64,000 nt of DNA from Blastocystis sp. subtype 4 (lineage: Eukaryota): positions 1-64,000 of the forward strand of contig NW_014569537.1 of the NCBI RefSeq assembly GCF_000743755.1, in the 5' to 3' direction. Below the pieces are notes generated by a model. It was not told the origin of the DNA. It did not search any database and saw nothing but the letters and a program-made list of their open reading frames with translations. The first letter of the stretch is position 1. Each line of letters starts with the position of its first letter. Shown one piece after another: positions 39,355 to 52,206 of the stretch. Both the position numbers and the translations under genes were made by a program.

Positions 39355-42300
39355 TCATAATTGCATGTACGATAAGAAATGCCTTCTCCATACAGTTGCC
39401 TTCTTACTGAACTCATCTCGAGCTGTGACTCCCATAGCCAAATCGACATCCTTTGTTAGTTCTTTTGTATCTTCCATCAATTGTAACACAGTCTGCTGTG
39501 TTTGATTGGCACTAGCATTGGTCAGATAATGATCCAGAGAATCTCGCTTCACCAAATAGACAGAGTAGATTGGTCGTGACAAATCCCAGATCGTATTTGC
39601 ACTTCCAAAAATAAAGGCATTTAATACACTTGTCATTACGACATCCCAGAAGTTCGGTTGGGCCTGCATAATTCGTTTAATATTTGCAACTGTCTCTGTA
39701 GGTTTATACTGATTGAAATACAAATAAGTTGCCACATTGTCAAGAATTCTCGCTGAACACTTCACCACCTCTGAATCTAATCATCACTTTCGAAAATCAA
39801 ATCTCACTAAAAGAAGCAACACCATTGCAAACACTGTCCATAATGCTAATAAACGCGGTTGTTTCGATCGAACTCACTGTTGCTAAGTGATCAGCAAACA
39901 GCAGTTCCAGAAACACAAATACAGAATTTTCATATTTTGGTAATTGCTAAAAATGAGATGATTTTGGTTTGATTACACTCAATTGATTGAATGGAGTTCG
40001 AATTACAATTTGAAGATACATGGATAGAAGATCACTCAAACAAGAATCGTTATACAGAGAGAACACACCGAATGGGATATAATGACCTTCTACAAAATCA
40101 GGCCGATTTTTGACATTCACTTAAAAAGCGTTCCATCACCTGAAATAGCTGACAAATACCTTTATATACAGTATCTGAACAATTGACCTAAGAGTAAAAA
40201 TAGTCCAGAATAATGGAGTACAAAAGAAGGGAAGTTATTGAGTAAGACAGTACCATATTCCAGAAGGACAGTAGAAGTCTCTCGGAAGAGTGTAACACCA
40301 TTAGCAATGTCATTACAGTAATCAATTCTGGATTCCCGATTAAGTCTAGATTTCAGTAAAAGCAATTTAAGCTTACGCTAAAGAAGAAACGAATTTAAGA
40401 ATTGCAGAGACGATTTCAGGATCATTACAGTGATCATGAAGCGCATGACGCATTACTTCAAAACCGCGGGGATATCTAAATAATGAATGGATGATAGAAT
40501 AAGAACAGAGCTTCAAAGAAAATGTTGAAATCACGTTTGCTTGTGCACGTATTGACAATACCTCGCATATCTCTAAAGACGGAGATAATCTCATACTAAG
40601 ACAGCATTAGGAGAGAGAATGAATTGGAGAGTTATTGAAAATAATATTTACAATCATTCTTACACACCATTCATCATATTCAGGAACAGTCACAATCATC
40701 ATCACAGTCATAGTCACTTATAAACCACATATCATCATAGTCACACTCTTACGATACACTCATCACAATCAGTCATAGTCATTCACATCACACTTACACG
40801 ATCCTGTTCACTAAAGTTGGTGATACCATGAAGCCTCTCGACTTGTTCCATAACAGACTTTAACAGAACTTCCAGTCTACCAGGGATATTCTCCAGTAAC
40901 ATTAGTGAGGTTAAGGATTCATAGTATGTCGTACGCAAATGACTGAAAGCTGGATTCTTCAGGAAAGGATAATTCACTTCCTAGTTCTCAGTGATTCAAA
41001 TCACATCATACTGACAAATGCTCTAACAAATACTGAACCTCTTCTAATGACAGGAGTAAACGTGAATACTCATAACCTGATGTCAGATCACGAAGAACAC
41101 GAAGACTTGCTGCTATGATACCTTCATGATCACTCCAATTTTGCAGATTGTCAGAAATCTAACCAATTTTAGTCATGACAAAAAAAGGACCTTATTCCAA
41201 ATCACACGCAATACTTCAACATGATTCTTGAATCCAACTTTTTCAAAGAAATCTCGGAATGCCTGAAAATGATCTGATTTTAGCAAATCTCTTACCAAAG
41301 CTCTTGCAGGAGGAGTTGATTCCTGACAGTCATCATACTCACGTAGAATCGCAAGACTCTTCTGATCATTTATGAATGTGCGTCGGAATAACTATGAGTT
41401 ATGAGTGCAACGACATACATACAAGGAAGAATTCTAAGAAAGCCAGTTCTAAGTGAACATGACAACTAGGAATGATAATGAGAATGTTCAATGACCGAAA
41501 TCCAGATGATTTTTGGAGTTGAACACGAGTAAGAAGTGTGAAGACAGATCGGGCGAGAGAACTATCGACTTGATTGTGATTGTGATTCACCTGAACAAGC
41601 ATAAATGATTGTCCTGTTAGAGTGTTAGCAATGATATGAATCAAAAGGGCCAGCTTATCTAGAAAACATTACTACTGAGATAAACCCACTTTCACATTGA
41701 ATCCGCTCAGTTTCTTGTTGTAGAGAGTTCTAGTCAATCAACCATCTCCTTAACATATCACTTCATATTCATTCAGACATGCTGCCATTTTGGTCATCAA
41801 ACAACTTCCATTCTTCTCATATTCAAATCTTATCATTTGTGGGAACTGACTCATTTCTTCTTGGATACCTTCAGGATTATCCAAGGGATTCACAGCTGTA
41901 TCATCACACACTTGAATCAATCGACCTTCAATGTATGCTTCCACCACTTGAGGAATCAGATTCTGAAGGACGATTGCATTTGGACGAATTGCTTCTGTTA
42001 ATGTCACATAACGATTAGCGCATGCCATTCGTGACCACAATGTCAATAGGAATGAAATTGAATTGGAACATGCATTCCAATCACGAAGAGAAACACATGT
42101 GAAATTGGCAATGAGTGTGAAACAAGTTGAATAGTGTGTGGTTTTCATTAGTTCTGATAACTGGAAATTTGACTATGAATTGAAAAATACGCATTCTCTC
42201 ACTTTCAATCTACTTAACAACTGACACATCATGTTGTAAGTATCTTCATCTTGCATTCCATGACCACCATTCAAGACTCCCATCACTCCTTCAATTAACA

Positions 42301-43327
42301 CATTCAAAAATTCTAATCGAGCATACTGATCTCGGAAGAGAGATCTTCGAACACTTGCATATAGCATTATGATTTCAAGTGTGGCTCGTGTTAATGGAGG
42401 TTCCAATTGAGCAAATCTATATATCACATCTCCCACCATTAACAAACAGATCAAAAAACACATACAATTGTTTACTGTTACATACTGGTCCTTCCCAAAG
42501 TTGAGGTAACTGAAGCACCCACATCTCATCAGAACCATCATCACCAGTACATCCTGTGAAATCAAACTGTAAGCATTTACTAAGAATATCGAGTGTCGAT
42601 TGAAGGACCGTTTGACGATACTGCGGATCTGCAAAGGCAGGATCATTGTCATGAATGCTTTGAATCACCGATAGAGCGTACTGAAATATATCCAACAGAT
42701 TTTCTGACATGAATTGCGTAGCCGTCTTGCGATGATCTGTGTTATCCACTTGGGGTGAGGAATCAACAATGAAGGTACATGTTCCAGGAAGATTCATTTG
42801 CTCCACAAAATCAGACATCATATTCAAACCAACCACCAGATAGGGACCCTTCAGATCGATAATCGCTTCGATAGACTCAAAGAGGGAACGATGACGACGA
42901 TCCGAGATCCAGGAGAGTTTTGAAATCAGACCTATCGATGTAGAAATGCCACGGAGAACAATGGAATCAAGTTTTGGACCATTTGTCTCGATGTACTGAA
43001 TCAGCATATTCCCTAAGGATTACAAATATTAACCACTTCTTACGAATCTCAAGACGACGATCTGGGGAGAAGGATGTCCAACTATCCTCAATCACATGTT
43101 TCAGCGATAAACTAAGACAAATCAACGCATTTCGGTTTTGCGAATAACGTAAAATGTATCTACATTCTTAACAATACTATTCACACAAACTCAATATCCC
43201 CTGCAAATGAACTATTCCCTGTGATTGTAGCAAGCTCTTCTCCTGCTTTCTGTGCTTCTATCCCACCAGTACCTCCGTATAAGCAATCACACAGATTTTC
43301 AAAGTATTTTAATTTCTCTTCATTCAT
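39355..43327 (-). CDS. Exportin-7/RanBP16-like karyopherin
   Basis: KCLQFDFTG..QLPQLW, ASVRRSLF, CQLLSRLK, RDMRGI, WDLSRPI; many introns. Confidence 0.88.
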
Positions 43328-43593
43328 TTCCTTTCTAAATAATCGTTACAACCAATCCTCTTAATGTTATTCACTTTCATAACCTAAGAAGAAAGGATCT
43401 CTTCAATCATCCCTATTTCCATTCCATATGGAGATATAATGATTTCAAAGAGAATACACAGACTTACATTCGTTCAAAGAAAGGAGTTACAGAGATATTG
43501 ACGAACGAATAGAATACCACTTATTGGAGGGATTTTGGTATCATCTTCGTTTCAACTTATCTTTCTATCTAGGCGTATTCCTGAACAAACAAT

Positions 43594-45464
43594 CTACCAA
43601 CATTCCAAATTGTACCTTCCATCCTTTTCCATCTGAGTTAAATACGCATCAGCCTTATCTTCGCTCATTCCCTCTTCTTTCTTCAGAGCATCAATCAACC
43701 CCTGACGAATCTGCGCAGGAGCACGACCTGCCAGTCCACAATAATAGAAGTACCCTCCATCTTTGACAAGCGCATCACAGACTAACCTAGCATTCTCTCG
43801 TATTCGATCCTGAACATATATTTTATAACTTTGTTCACGAGAGAATGCAGGAATCACATGTGTCAAGACTCCCTCCTTTTGATACTGACTCCACAAATCA
43901 CCATAAACAAACTCTTTCTTATAACGACATCCATAAAATAGAATTGTATTTCCAACAGTATTCCCTTGACGAGCAAGAGCCACACGATTTTCTGTGATTG
44001 CTTTGAATGGAGCAATTCCTGTTCCCAATCCTGCCATAATAACAGGAGTTTCAGAACGTTCAGGCATTCGCATTGTTCCTGGAGCAACCACTGCACGAAT
44101 TTCTGTATTGTTTCCTGCAGTGAGTCGTCTCAGATAGGAGGTACATTGACCATGTCGTTCAACGCCTTTGGGAGTCGTCCAATCAACACCCACAATACAA
44201 AGTTGTATGGAAGATGGGTTAAGAAGAGGGGAAGAGGCTATCGAATAGTATCGTGGTTTCATGATGGGAATCATCTCTAGAAGTAAATCTAACGAGGGTT
44301 TTGCAGAAGGGAAACGACGAAGAATATCAGCATATGTGACTGTTTCCGTCATAAACTCTTTTAACAAAGTAGTTCCTTCTTTTGTCATTGTGGATTCCAA
44401 TAATTCCTTCTCTTTGGAATCTGTAACCAAACGACTTAGTAGACTGTAGAAACGACGTGTAGGTCGACCAAATATATCCAACACCTCTGTGAACAGTGAT
44501 CGAATGGTAGTTTGGGATGGAAGGAAGGTTCGACGAATGGCTTCACTCTTTGTGATCTTCACAACATCATCTCCATTCAAACCAAGCTCCTTCAATAATC
44601 GATCTACCTCTTCTGGAGGATTCTGAGGGTAGATTCCCAGAGTGTCACCAACATTATACTTGATCTTGCTTCCTGAGAGATCGATCTCAAAATGACGAAT
44701 ATCACGATCATATCCAGCTGGTGTGAGACGTTTAGTCTCTTTTAAAGGAAGGAGATGTGATCGAAGAGGTTTGAATGGCTTGATTTTTCCATCATTCGAT
44801 TTCAAAATGGTTGCTGAATAATTTGATTTCGGAGGATCGTTATGAACCACTTGTTTACAATGCAGGGCCTCGTAGAGCAACGGGAGCCATTCATAATATT
44901 GTGTCTCATACTTCTCCTCATCACGATCATCTCCTAGTGTTAGAGGTGTCAGAAAACTAGCCCCAAGGGAGGTAAGCTTTGCCGAAAGATCTTTTGCAGC
45001 CTTGTTGAAATAGACGTATCCATGATCTCCTAAACCAAAGACTGAACAATTGACTCCCTTTAAAAAGGAGGAATCCTCGATCTTGGACAACGAATCATAG
45101 AAGTCCTTTGCATTACCAGGGAATTCTCCCTGACCTGCTGTGGAAGTAATAAACAAAACAGCTTCCTTGTCCTTCAGATCATTCACATCAACATCATTCA
45201 GCGTTTCCATTTCACACTCGATTCCCCTTCTCTCGAGATCTTCTTTTAGTTGCTTTGTCAAGTTCTCGGCATTTCCCGATTGTGAGCCATACAACAACGT
45301 TACTTCATCTGGACGTTTTGAACTATTCCAATCAATGATAGAAAACGATCCTACAGAGAAAAAGCGCGAGCAACCTGTGATAGAATAGGAGACGAGTTTG
45401 ATAAGGATACTCTCCTAAGAAGTCGTGACACAGAGGATGAAACTGATTTCGAAAGAGTTAACAT
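43594..45464 (-). CDS. Diflavin (FMN/FAD/NADPH) reductase with mitochondrial-type presequence, similar to the PNO reductase module
   Basis: Presequence MLTLSKSVSSSVSRLLRRVSL..VARAFS; 32-nt intron; LYGSQSGNAE, STAGQGEFP, RYYSIASS, GLGTGIAPF, AFSR..KIYVQ; ends RYNLECW. Confidence 0.9.
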
Positions 45465-45506
45465 TGAATACAATGATAGAATGACGAAGTTGTCAACAAA
45501 CACCAA

Positions 45507-46284
45507 ATACCCGTGGCCGTTTGTAATAACTCAAACAAGCACTATTGAAACCACGTTTTAGTTCTTTGTTATTTGTCAAGGCTGTAAGATCGGATTCGTG
45601 GAGAGTGCGAGATTCTTGAGTTGCTAAAGGAGTGACAATTTCATCATCTGAACTGTCATTTGAAGACACTGGATTATCAGAGTCTTTAATGTCACTATTC
45701 TCTGATGTGCTTTGATATTTCTTTTTTTCTAACGATGACTGGACAAAATCCGGTAGAGGAACATCCGAAACCAGTCCTACCACTTCTCCTTGTTCTCGTA
45801 ACCGTTTCTATTGATTACTAGATTACGACACTACCATACAGATTCATCAAAGTCCTTTTTAGACACATAGGAATGCTGTTCTCCTGGAAGCCACAAAGGA
45901 TTGGGATCCAACTCCAATGCTTTTTGAACAAATGATATATACTCCTTCTCGAGTTCATCTATACGCTGTTTAAACTCTCGGATCTTAGCATCGGTATACT
46001 TCCGACTCCCTTCAATCTAAATCCTGATTGCTTTACTAAAAATCCAACCTGTTGAATAAAATAATCAATCTCTCTCTTGATATCCGGAATCCAACGACGA
46101 ATCGCTTCCGCCGTATCTAATCGCTCTCTATCCCATTAGCATCCTCAATGCTTTATTACAATGGTGGACGCTTTCGTTGTCGAAACTGATCATTCTCTTT
46201 GGCAATCACAAATCTCTACTATTTATCATACCTCAGTGTAACTACATTCAACTCACTAATTTGCTTTTCTTCATTTCTTGCCAT
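45507..46284 (-). CDS. Isy1-like splicing factor; stop likely made by poly(A)
   Basis: MARNEEKQISELNRF..RKRPP..AEAIRRWIPDIKREI..IREF..IDELEKE; the in-frame T at 45507 lies 4 nt before TGTTTGTT. Confidence 0.75.
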
Positions 46285-46366
46285 TCCTTATGTGATTTCA
46301 AAAAACAGTGCTTCTTTTGGAATTCATTGATATCCTCAAGAATCGATTCTTTAGTTTTCATAAAGC

Positions 46367-46774
46367 ATGGAAGTAATTCTAGAGTATTGAGAAGTCATTT
46401 GGTAGGTGGAGAACGACAACATTGAGAATGGAGTGCAGATTGTGGCCTCTGGGGATGTAAGTATTCCTATCAGTAAAAGAGTCACTACTCCGTACCTTAC
46501 AAAGTATGAACGAGCTCGTATTCTTGGTACTCGTGCCCTTCAGCTAAGGTTAGTTCTATGGAACAGATTTTAATCTCTAGTATGAATGCACCTCCAATGG
46601 TTGAAGTTACCGATCAAACGGATACACTTCAGATTGCTCTTGAGGAATTGAAACAGAAGAAGGTATTATTTGGTTATTTGAGTTTTATTCAACTAGATTC
46701 CTTTGATTATTCGCAGATTCCTTCCTAGTGGAAAGTACGAAGACTGGAGACTTGATGAACTCAACTTCGACTAA
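46367..46774 (+). CDS. RPB6: RNA polymerase I/II/III subunit RPB6
   Basis: [45 protein letters not shown]. Confidence 0.95.
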
Positions 46775-46865
46775 CTTGTTCATTTATTGTCTTATGTTTG
46801 ATATGTTACATTTTCTCATGGAATCTGAGTTTCTATCAACAAATAACTGAATAGATATGGTACAA

Positions 46866-47910
46866 TCAGCTCTCCCATGCATTAAGCATGGAAATCACAT
46901 CATCGATGGTAGGCCGATGGAATGTTTTCTTTGTTTTGGGATCTACTCCATCGTAAACAAGACATGAACGGATAATATCAGCATAATCTACACATTACCT
47001 TCACATATTCACTTGTACACTGAGGACAATCCCGTGGGAGTCGTGGCCGAAACCCATGGATGATGTCTTGAATGAAGAGATACTGATCATATCCATAAGG
47101 GGTTTCATATTTGTTTAGATTGGTTATTGAATAGGCACTGTTCCGAAGTACCAGCTCCAATAGAATGATTCCCACAGAGAACACATCTGTACTGAGTGAT
47201 CGCATCCAGGAAGAAAGGAGTTCGGGAGCAGCACTAGGTATTATCCGTTCACAAGACAACATACGATGCAGGTGTACATAAATGCTTCGGATCCAACTCA
47301 CTGGTTCCATCTACTGATCACTCTTTCAAAGAACAGAATACGAATCTGCATGGCAAAACCAAAATCACACAGTTTGAAATTTCCGTTTGAATCAACAACA
47401 ATGTTCTTTATCTACATATCGATGCACGATACTACTCTTACTGAAAGATCTCCATGAGAAATGTGTTTGTCATGGAGATACTTCACAGCATCACAGATCT
47501 GGAGTGCCCGCCTTTTCAATTCCTGATTTGTTAACCTAACAGTAAAGGATACAAAATACACATACGTTACATTCTTTAGATTCTCTTCACGAAAGAACAG
47601 AGCTAATGACTTCTCTGCCCTTTCCAGAATCAACACAGGATAGCCATCAACAGAAATACCACATCCATAGCATGCAACAATATTCGGATGGTGTAGTTCC
47701 ATCATTATTTCGCCTTCTGCCATCATGTCCTTCATGGCGTCATTTCCACAGTATCGAAACTTTTTAACAGCAACATGTTTCCCATCATATTCTCTATAAT
47801 ATTATTAAGAGAAAAAGCATCTACCCGTCATAGACATCTGAATATGCTCCAGTGCCAATTCGCTGTTGGCTCATCGAAACCTTACCAACCACCACCGGTT
47901 TTAAGATCAT
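46866..47910 (-). CDS. Protein kinase (TKL-like)
   Basis: IGTGAYSDVY, VAVKK, HHPNIV, HGDLS.KN, KLCDFG, APE, DVFSVGIILLE; start uncertain. Confidence 0.85.
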
Positions 47911-48011
47911 TAGAACAAAATAATGAATTCAGTTATGAAGAAAGAAATTCCAAGAATATTCTTTGAGATTCAGATAATCTTTACTTATTATTTTTCAAGA
48001 AACAAGAATAT

Positions 48012-49780
48012 CTATTTGCAATTGTTCATTAAAACGACAATACGACCGCTCGAATTTCCACAAGCGATCAATGGAAAACCAGGATGGGTTTTGACTACAG
48101 ATTGAACTGAAGCAATGTGTGGTGAAAAGAGTGACGGGAGCGCTGTTACGACTGGCTGCATCGACTTATGGAGAACAACTGAATATAACTACCTCAAATC
48201 CACTTTCATATACATACATTGATTTGACGAGGTTCATCCATAGAACCACATGTAAAATAGTTCACTCCTCCAATAAAATCTTTCTGAGGGATTGCCGAGG
48301 CTTGATCAGGTTTGTACCATTCAGCCATGAGTTTGGTTATCCATTTCCCCGTGTTATTACGATGTTGGATTGAAACACAATGCTCCTTCTCTTCAGATCC
48401 TGTGACAGTGGGGTATACTCGCAAATGATTATCTTGACAAGTTGTGACAATCATATCTCCAGTTTGGTTGAAGAATGCTGAGTTCACAGAGAGAGGATGG
48501 GAATATGTATGAAGACACTCATGACATGTTGGTTCTTTCACTTTCTCGTGGGTATGGGACTGATATGAAGAAGGCAATTTACGGATATCAAAAAGGTTAA
48601 CAGATCGTCCAAGCGAAGCAGTCAACATCAGATGATCGTGAATATCAATCTGCTGATGAGTTTATTCACTTGGTCTTACTGTATTGACCTTCTTGTCATG
48701 TGCTTGGAATGAAGCTTGGATTTTCTGATTTCGAGAATCGATTAACAAGATTTCTCTGTCTATTCAACCAATAATGGAACAGTTACCCGTTGCTTAAACT
48801 AATATAGAATTGAGTTTCGTTAGTAGGATTAGGAGCACAGTGATGAATGAAGACATCTGCATCAAACGAATCTGTAGCTTTGAAGATGGTTTCAACCTTC
48901 ATTGAATTCATATCAAATCGTTTGATAGATCTATCATAAGAACAGCTATATAGCATTGTATTATCCGAATTGTAGAACAATCGTGTGATTGGTCTAAATT
49001 CAATTAGTTGAACATCATGTACTCTTTTGATAAACGAAACTGCCAAGTATCGCCAAGATCTGAGATATCCCACATTTTGTTCTCTAACTCCGTTAAAGAC
49101 GATTTGTCAATTGAACAGGGAAGTGACCAGAATCCTAATAAACCTCCTTTATCACCAGCAGTAATCTATGTTCATATTCTATGTTCAATCTTACTAACAG
49201 TTTGGAAGTTTGAGGGTGAATTGCCATGCTGTAGATTCGTCCAGGAACAACCTTCTTAGCTCCACTGAATTGGATTTCGGAGGTCCAGGTCCCTAAACTT
49301 GGGCTGTTCTTCTCTTCAACTGATCCTTTATTCACTGTTTCAAACAGAGACTTAAGATCACCTTGTGTTGCTAACTCAGAAGCATCGAAATCACCATCAT
49401 AGGACTATTTATCATTCTCATAATTCTGATAGCTAACAATAGTTCCCTCGATCTCCATCAATTTCTCCTTTTCAGGTTGCGGCGGAATGTAGGGATGACT
49501 CTCTCGCATATCAAACTCATCTATAATGAATTCGGGTTTCTCACCCATTAATCTTCTAGATTTTCGGATGGGACCCGTGACAATGGGCTCCTCCTTCTTT
49601 TTTTTGACAGTTGATCCTTTTGATAGTTCGTGATTCACCTAGTATATGGATCCAAAACAGAAGAAATACACTATCAATGTGCAATTGTTCCAACAACTGC
49701 TTCCGCTTTTCCAGCGCCGCTTTCCTCTTATCTGCATATGATCCTTCTTTTACAAAGAAGCTGTGTATATCTCTTGGCAT
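48012..49780 (-). CDS. WD40 protein WDR76/Cmr1-like
   Basis: IRKSRRL.GEKP, KVVPGRIYSMAIHP, AGDKGG, HRNNTGKWITKL, GNSSGRI. Confidence 0.82.
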
Positions 49781-49801
49781 ATAAACAATGAAAGACAAAA
49801 A

Positions 49802-49873
49802 AGGTCCCACCGAGATTTGAACTCGGATTGCAGGATTCAGAGTCCTGAGTGCTAACCATTACACCATGGGACC
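49802..49873 (-). tRNA. tRNA-Gln (anticodon CTG)
   Basis: GGTCCCATGGTGTAATGGTTAGCACTCAGGACTCTGAATCCTGCAATCCGAGTTCAAATCTCGGTGGGACCT folds as a cloverleaf; an oligo-T terminator follows. Confidence 0.97.
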
Positions 49874-50075
49874 TTCACTTAATTTCTATTTCTGAAATTT
49901 AAAAAGATTCAATTTTGTTCAATCGTCATTGTTACCGCCATCTTTCTCATGGTTTTGAACTCTACTTTGCTGTACATCACGAGACAAGGATCATTAGAAG
50001 GTTTTTAACATTTGACCATTTTGGAGGCGAACGAAGATGGAGTAACGAACAACATTATGTTTTGGTTCAGGACGG

Positions 50076-52185
50076 ATGAAGAGTAAATCTGTTTCCGATG
50101 ATAGCTTTGAGCCGGAGAGTAGTAGTGTTTCGGATACTCCGAGCAAGGAAGGATCTCCGGAGGAGCCAATCAAGCTCTCTAGGGAACCAGATCTTCTTAT
50201 CGATAGTTGGGAACCTTCGATCAAGAACATTTCTGTCTCATCTCAGTACACTTGGGATAATGATACCACTATAGATTGTCACCTATTGTAGATATTGGTA
50301 CAAATAATTTGGCAGGAAAGTAAGTGTGTTAATGCTTGATGATGTGTAGACGACGTCAAAAGTCCCTTCAGTTCATTACTACTGAGTTGGTACTGATGAT
50401 TATGAACCAAGAACAGTGTTATGGACCTGCTACAGTGAACCCTAGTGATATCTCTCTGCAGTTGCGTACATGCGTTACTTGTGACTCAAGTATAGATATT
50501 ACTCGTCGTCGTATTTACGATATTATTCATGTGTTAAGCTGCGTTGGTCTTCTCCGTCGACTAAGTTATCGTCTCTATGGTTGGGAAGGAATGACATCAA
50601 TGCAACAACTGTTCTCTCAGCTCCTTAATGTTCCTGTAGACAAATTATAATAGTCTAAGTGATAGTTTGATGAATTCGAAACACTCTTTGTTCATTGTTT
50701 TAGAAAGAAGGTTGAATTTGAAATCACGTAACTACATTGTCTTGTATATCCCATAGAACTGAAGAGAAAGAGGCCAAAAGTGAAAGTACCACGAAACATA
50801 TCACAATCAAATTCCTTAAATACTTATTCTTATACCTCAAATCCGGTAGACGAACATTCAATAATCATGATATTGCTCCACTTGTAATTCGAGAGTTTCA
50901 AAACATTGACAGTGAGGAAGGAATTCGAAAATTGAAAAAAGATCGAGAGAAAAGTGGTGATTACAATGTCTGATAACATGTAGGTATTGAACGACGATTA
51001 TATGATATTATCAGCGTGATGTGTGGTCTCGGTATCATCAAACGAAAAGTTGATTCTCTCCAATGGAATCTGACATCACTGGATCGTGATGCCGAAAACA
51101 CTCGAACAATTGCCACTTACAATAAAGGGAACAATATGATGATCTGTCTAGCCAATTATATCATCACTGATAATCCCTCGGAAAGTGGCATTCCAGGAAT
51201 ACCCCAGAAAGATGATCCATCTATCAATGATGTGTGGTTATATTTGCGAAATGTCTTCAATGAACGTCACATTGTTACTGTCGTCGACATTGAGTACTTG
51301 ATGCACATCATCAAAGAAGCAAGATTACATTCCGTAATTCACCTACAGAACTCCCTTCCATTTTCAACTAATTCCACCATCAATATCGATATTCCAGCTA
51401 TTCCTGCAGCTTCTTCTCAACTGGCAGAAAATGATCCGATTTCTGAACTTCCACTAATCGAGATGATTCCTGGAATTACAACCCGGGTCACAGGAAGAGT
51501 GAGTTCTGTTCGTTGTGATCTCTCCAGCAAGCGAGGTAAGCGAGGAAAGACAGCAAAGCGCACATCTGATGGAGATTGGAAACAACCACGATCAAAACGA
51601 TTACCTCGTGATGATTCAAAACCTCCATCCACATCAAAGACAAACGAAGTTGAACTGTTTGCTGAGACAGAGGTGATTTGGGGTGTTGATGTAGGGATAC
51701 TCAAGCGATATCCCATAGATGCCAATCAATCCTTCCGTTCCATACCTTCCAGTAAGCAGAGATTCATCGCAATCTGGTTCTCTTCTAGCTTCACCTTTCC
51801 GACCCAACCCCTTCTCGTCCCCTCCAAATGGATCTTTCCTTCTGGCATCTCCATTACACGGTCGATCGGATTTGTTTGTCGGTCATGCCACACCACTCCG
51901 AGAGCGATCTCCTCCACTCCCATCTCAAGCCATCTTAACATCACCACTTTCTTACTCACGTTTCAATTCTCCTATGAGCTTTTCCTTTACCAGTTTCCAA
52001 AATCGATCTCCTGATATCAGTATTCCACATCAAACTGTAGAAAACCTCAATATCGGAATATCTACACTTGTAGAAGCAACTGCGATGGATCTTCCCATTC
52101 TTCCTGCAATACCGGTATTTCCAGGTCCTACTAATGAAGAAAAAGAAGTGGAAAAACCGCTGGAACAAAAGAAACCTTTAGTGTA
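50076..52185 (+). CDS. Atypical E2F (E2F7/8-DEL-like, two DNA-binding domains); stop likely made by poly(A)
   Basis: RRQKSL..RRRIYDIIHVLSCVGLL..YGWEG and a second copy ERRLYDIISVMCGLGII; TA at 52184-52185 lies 4 nt before TGTTTGTT. Confidence 0.8.
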
Positions 52186-52206
52186 TTCTTGTTTGTTGAG
52201 GAGTAT

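Noticed and set aside
43594..46284. Single long gene or full PNO
   Set aside because: The upstream exons are Isy1-like with their own 3' motif; the reductase has its own ATG and presequence, and no PFO domains are present.
46359..46369. Divergent ATGs only 5 bp apart
   Set aside because: The Isy1-like MARNEEK start is at 46284, giving an 82-bp gap.
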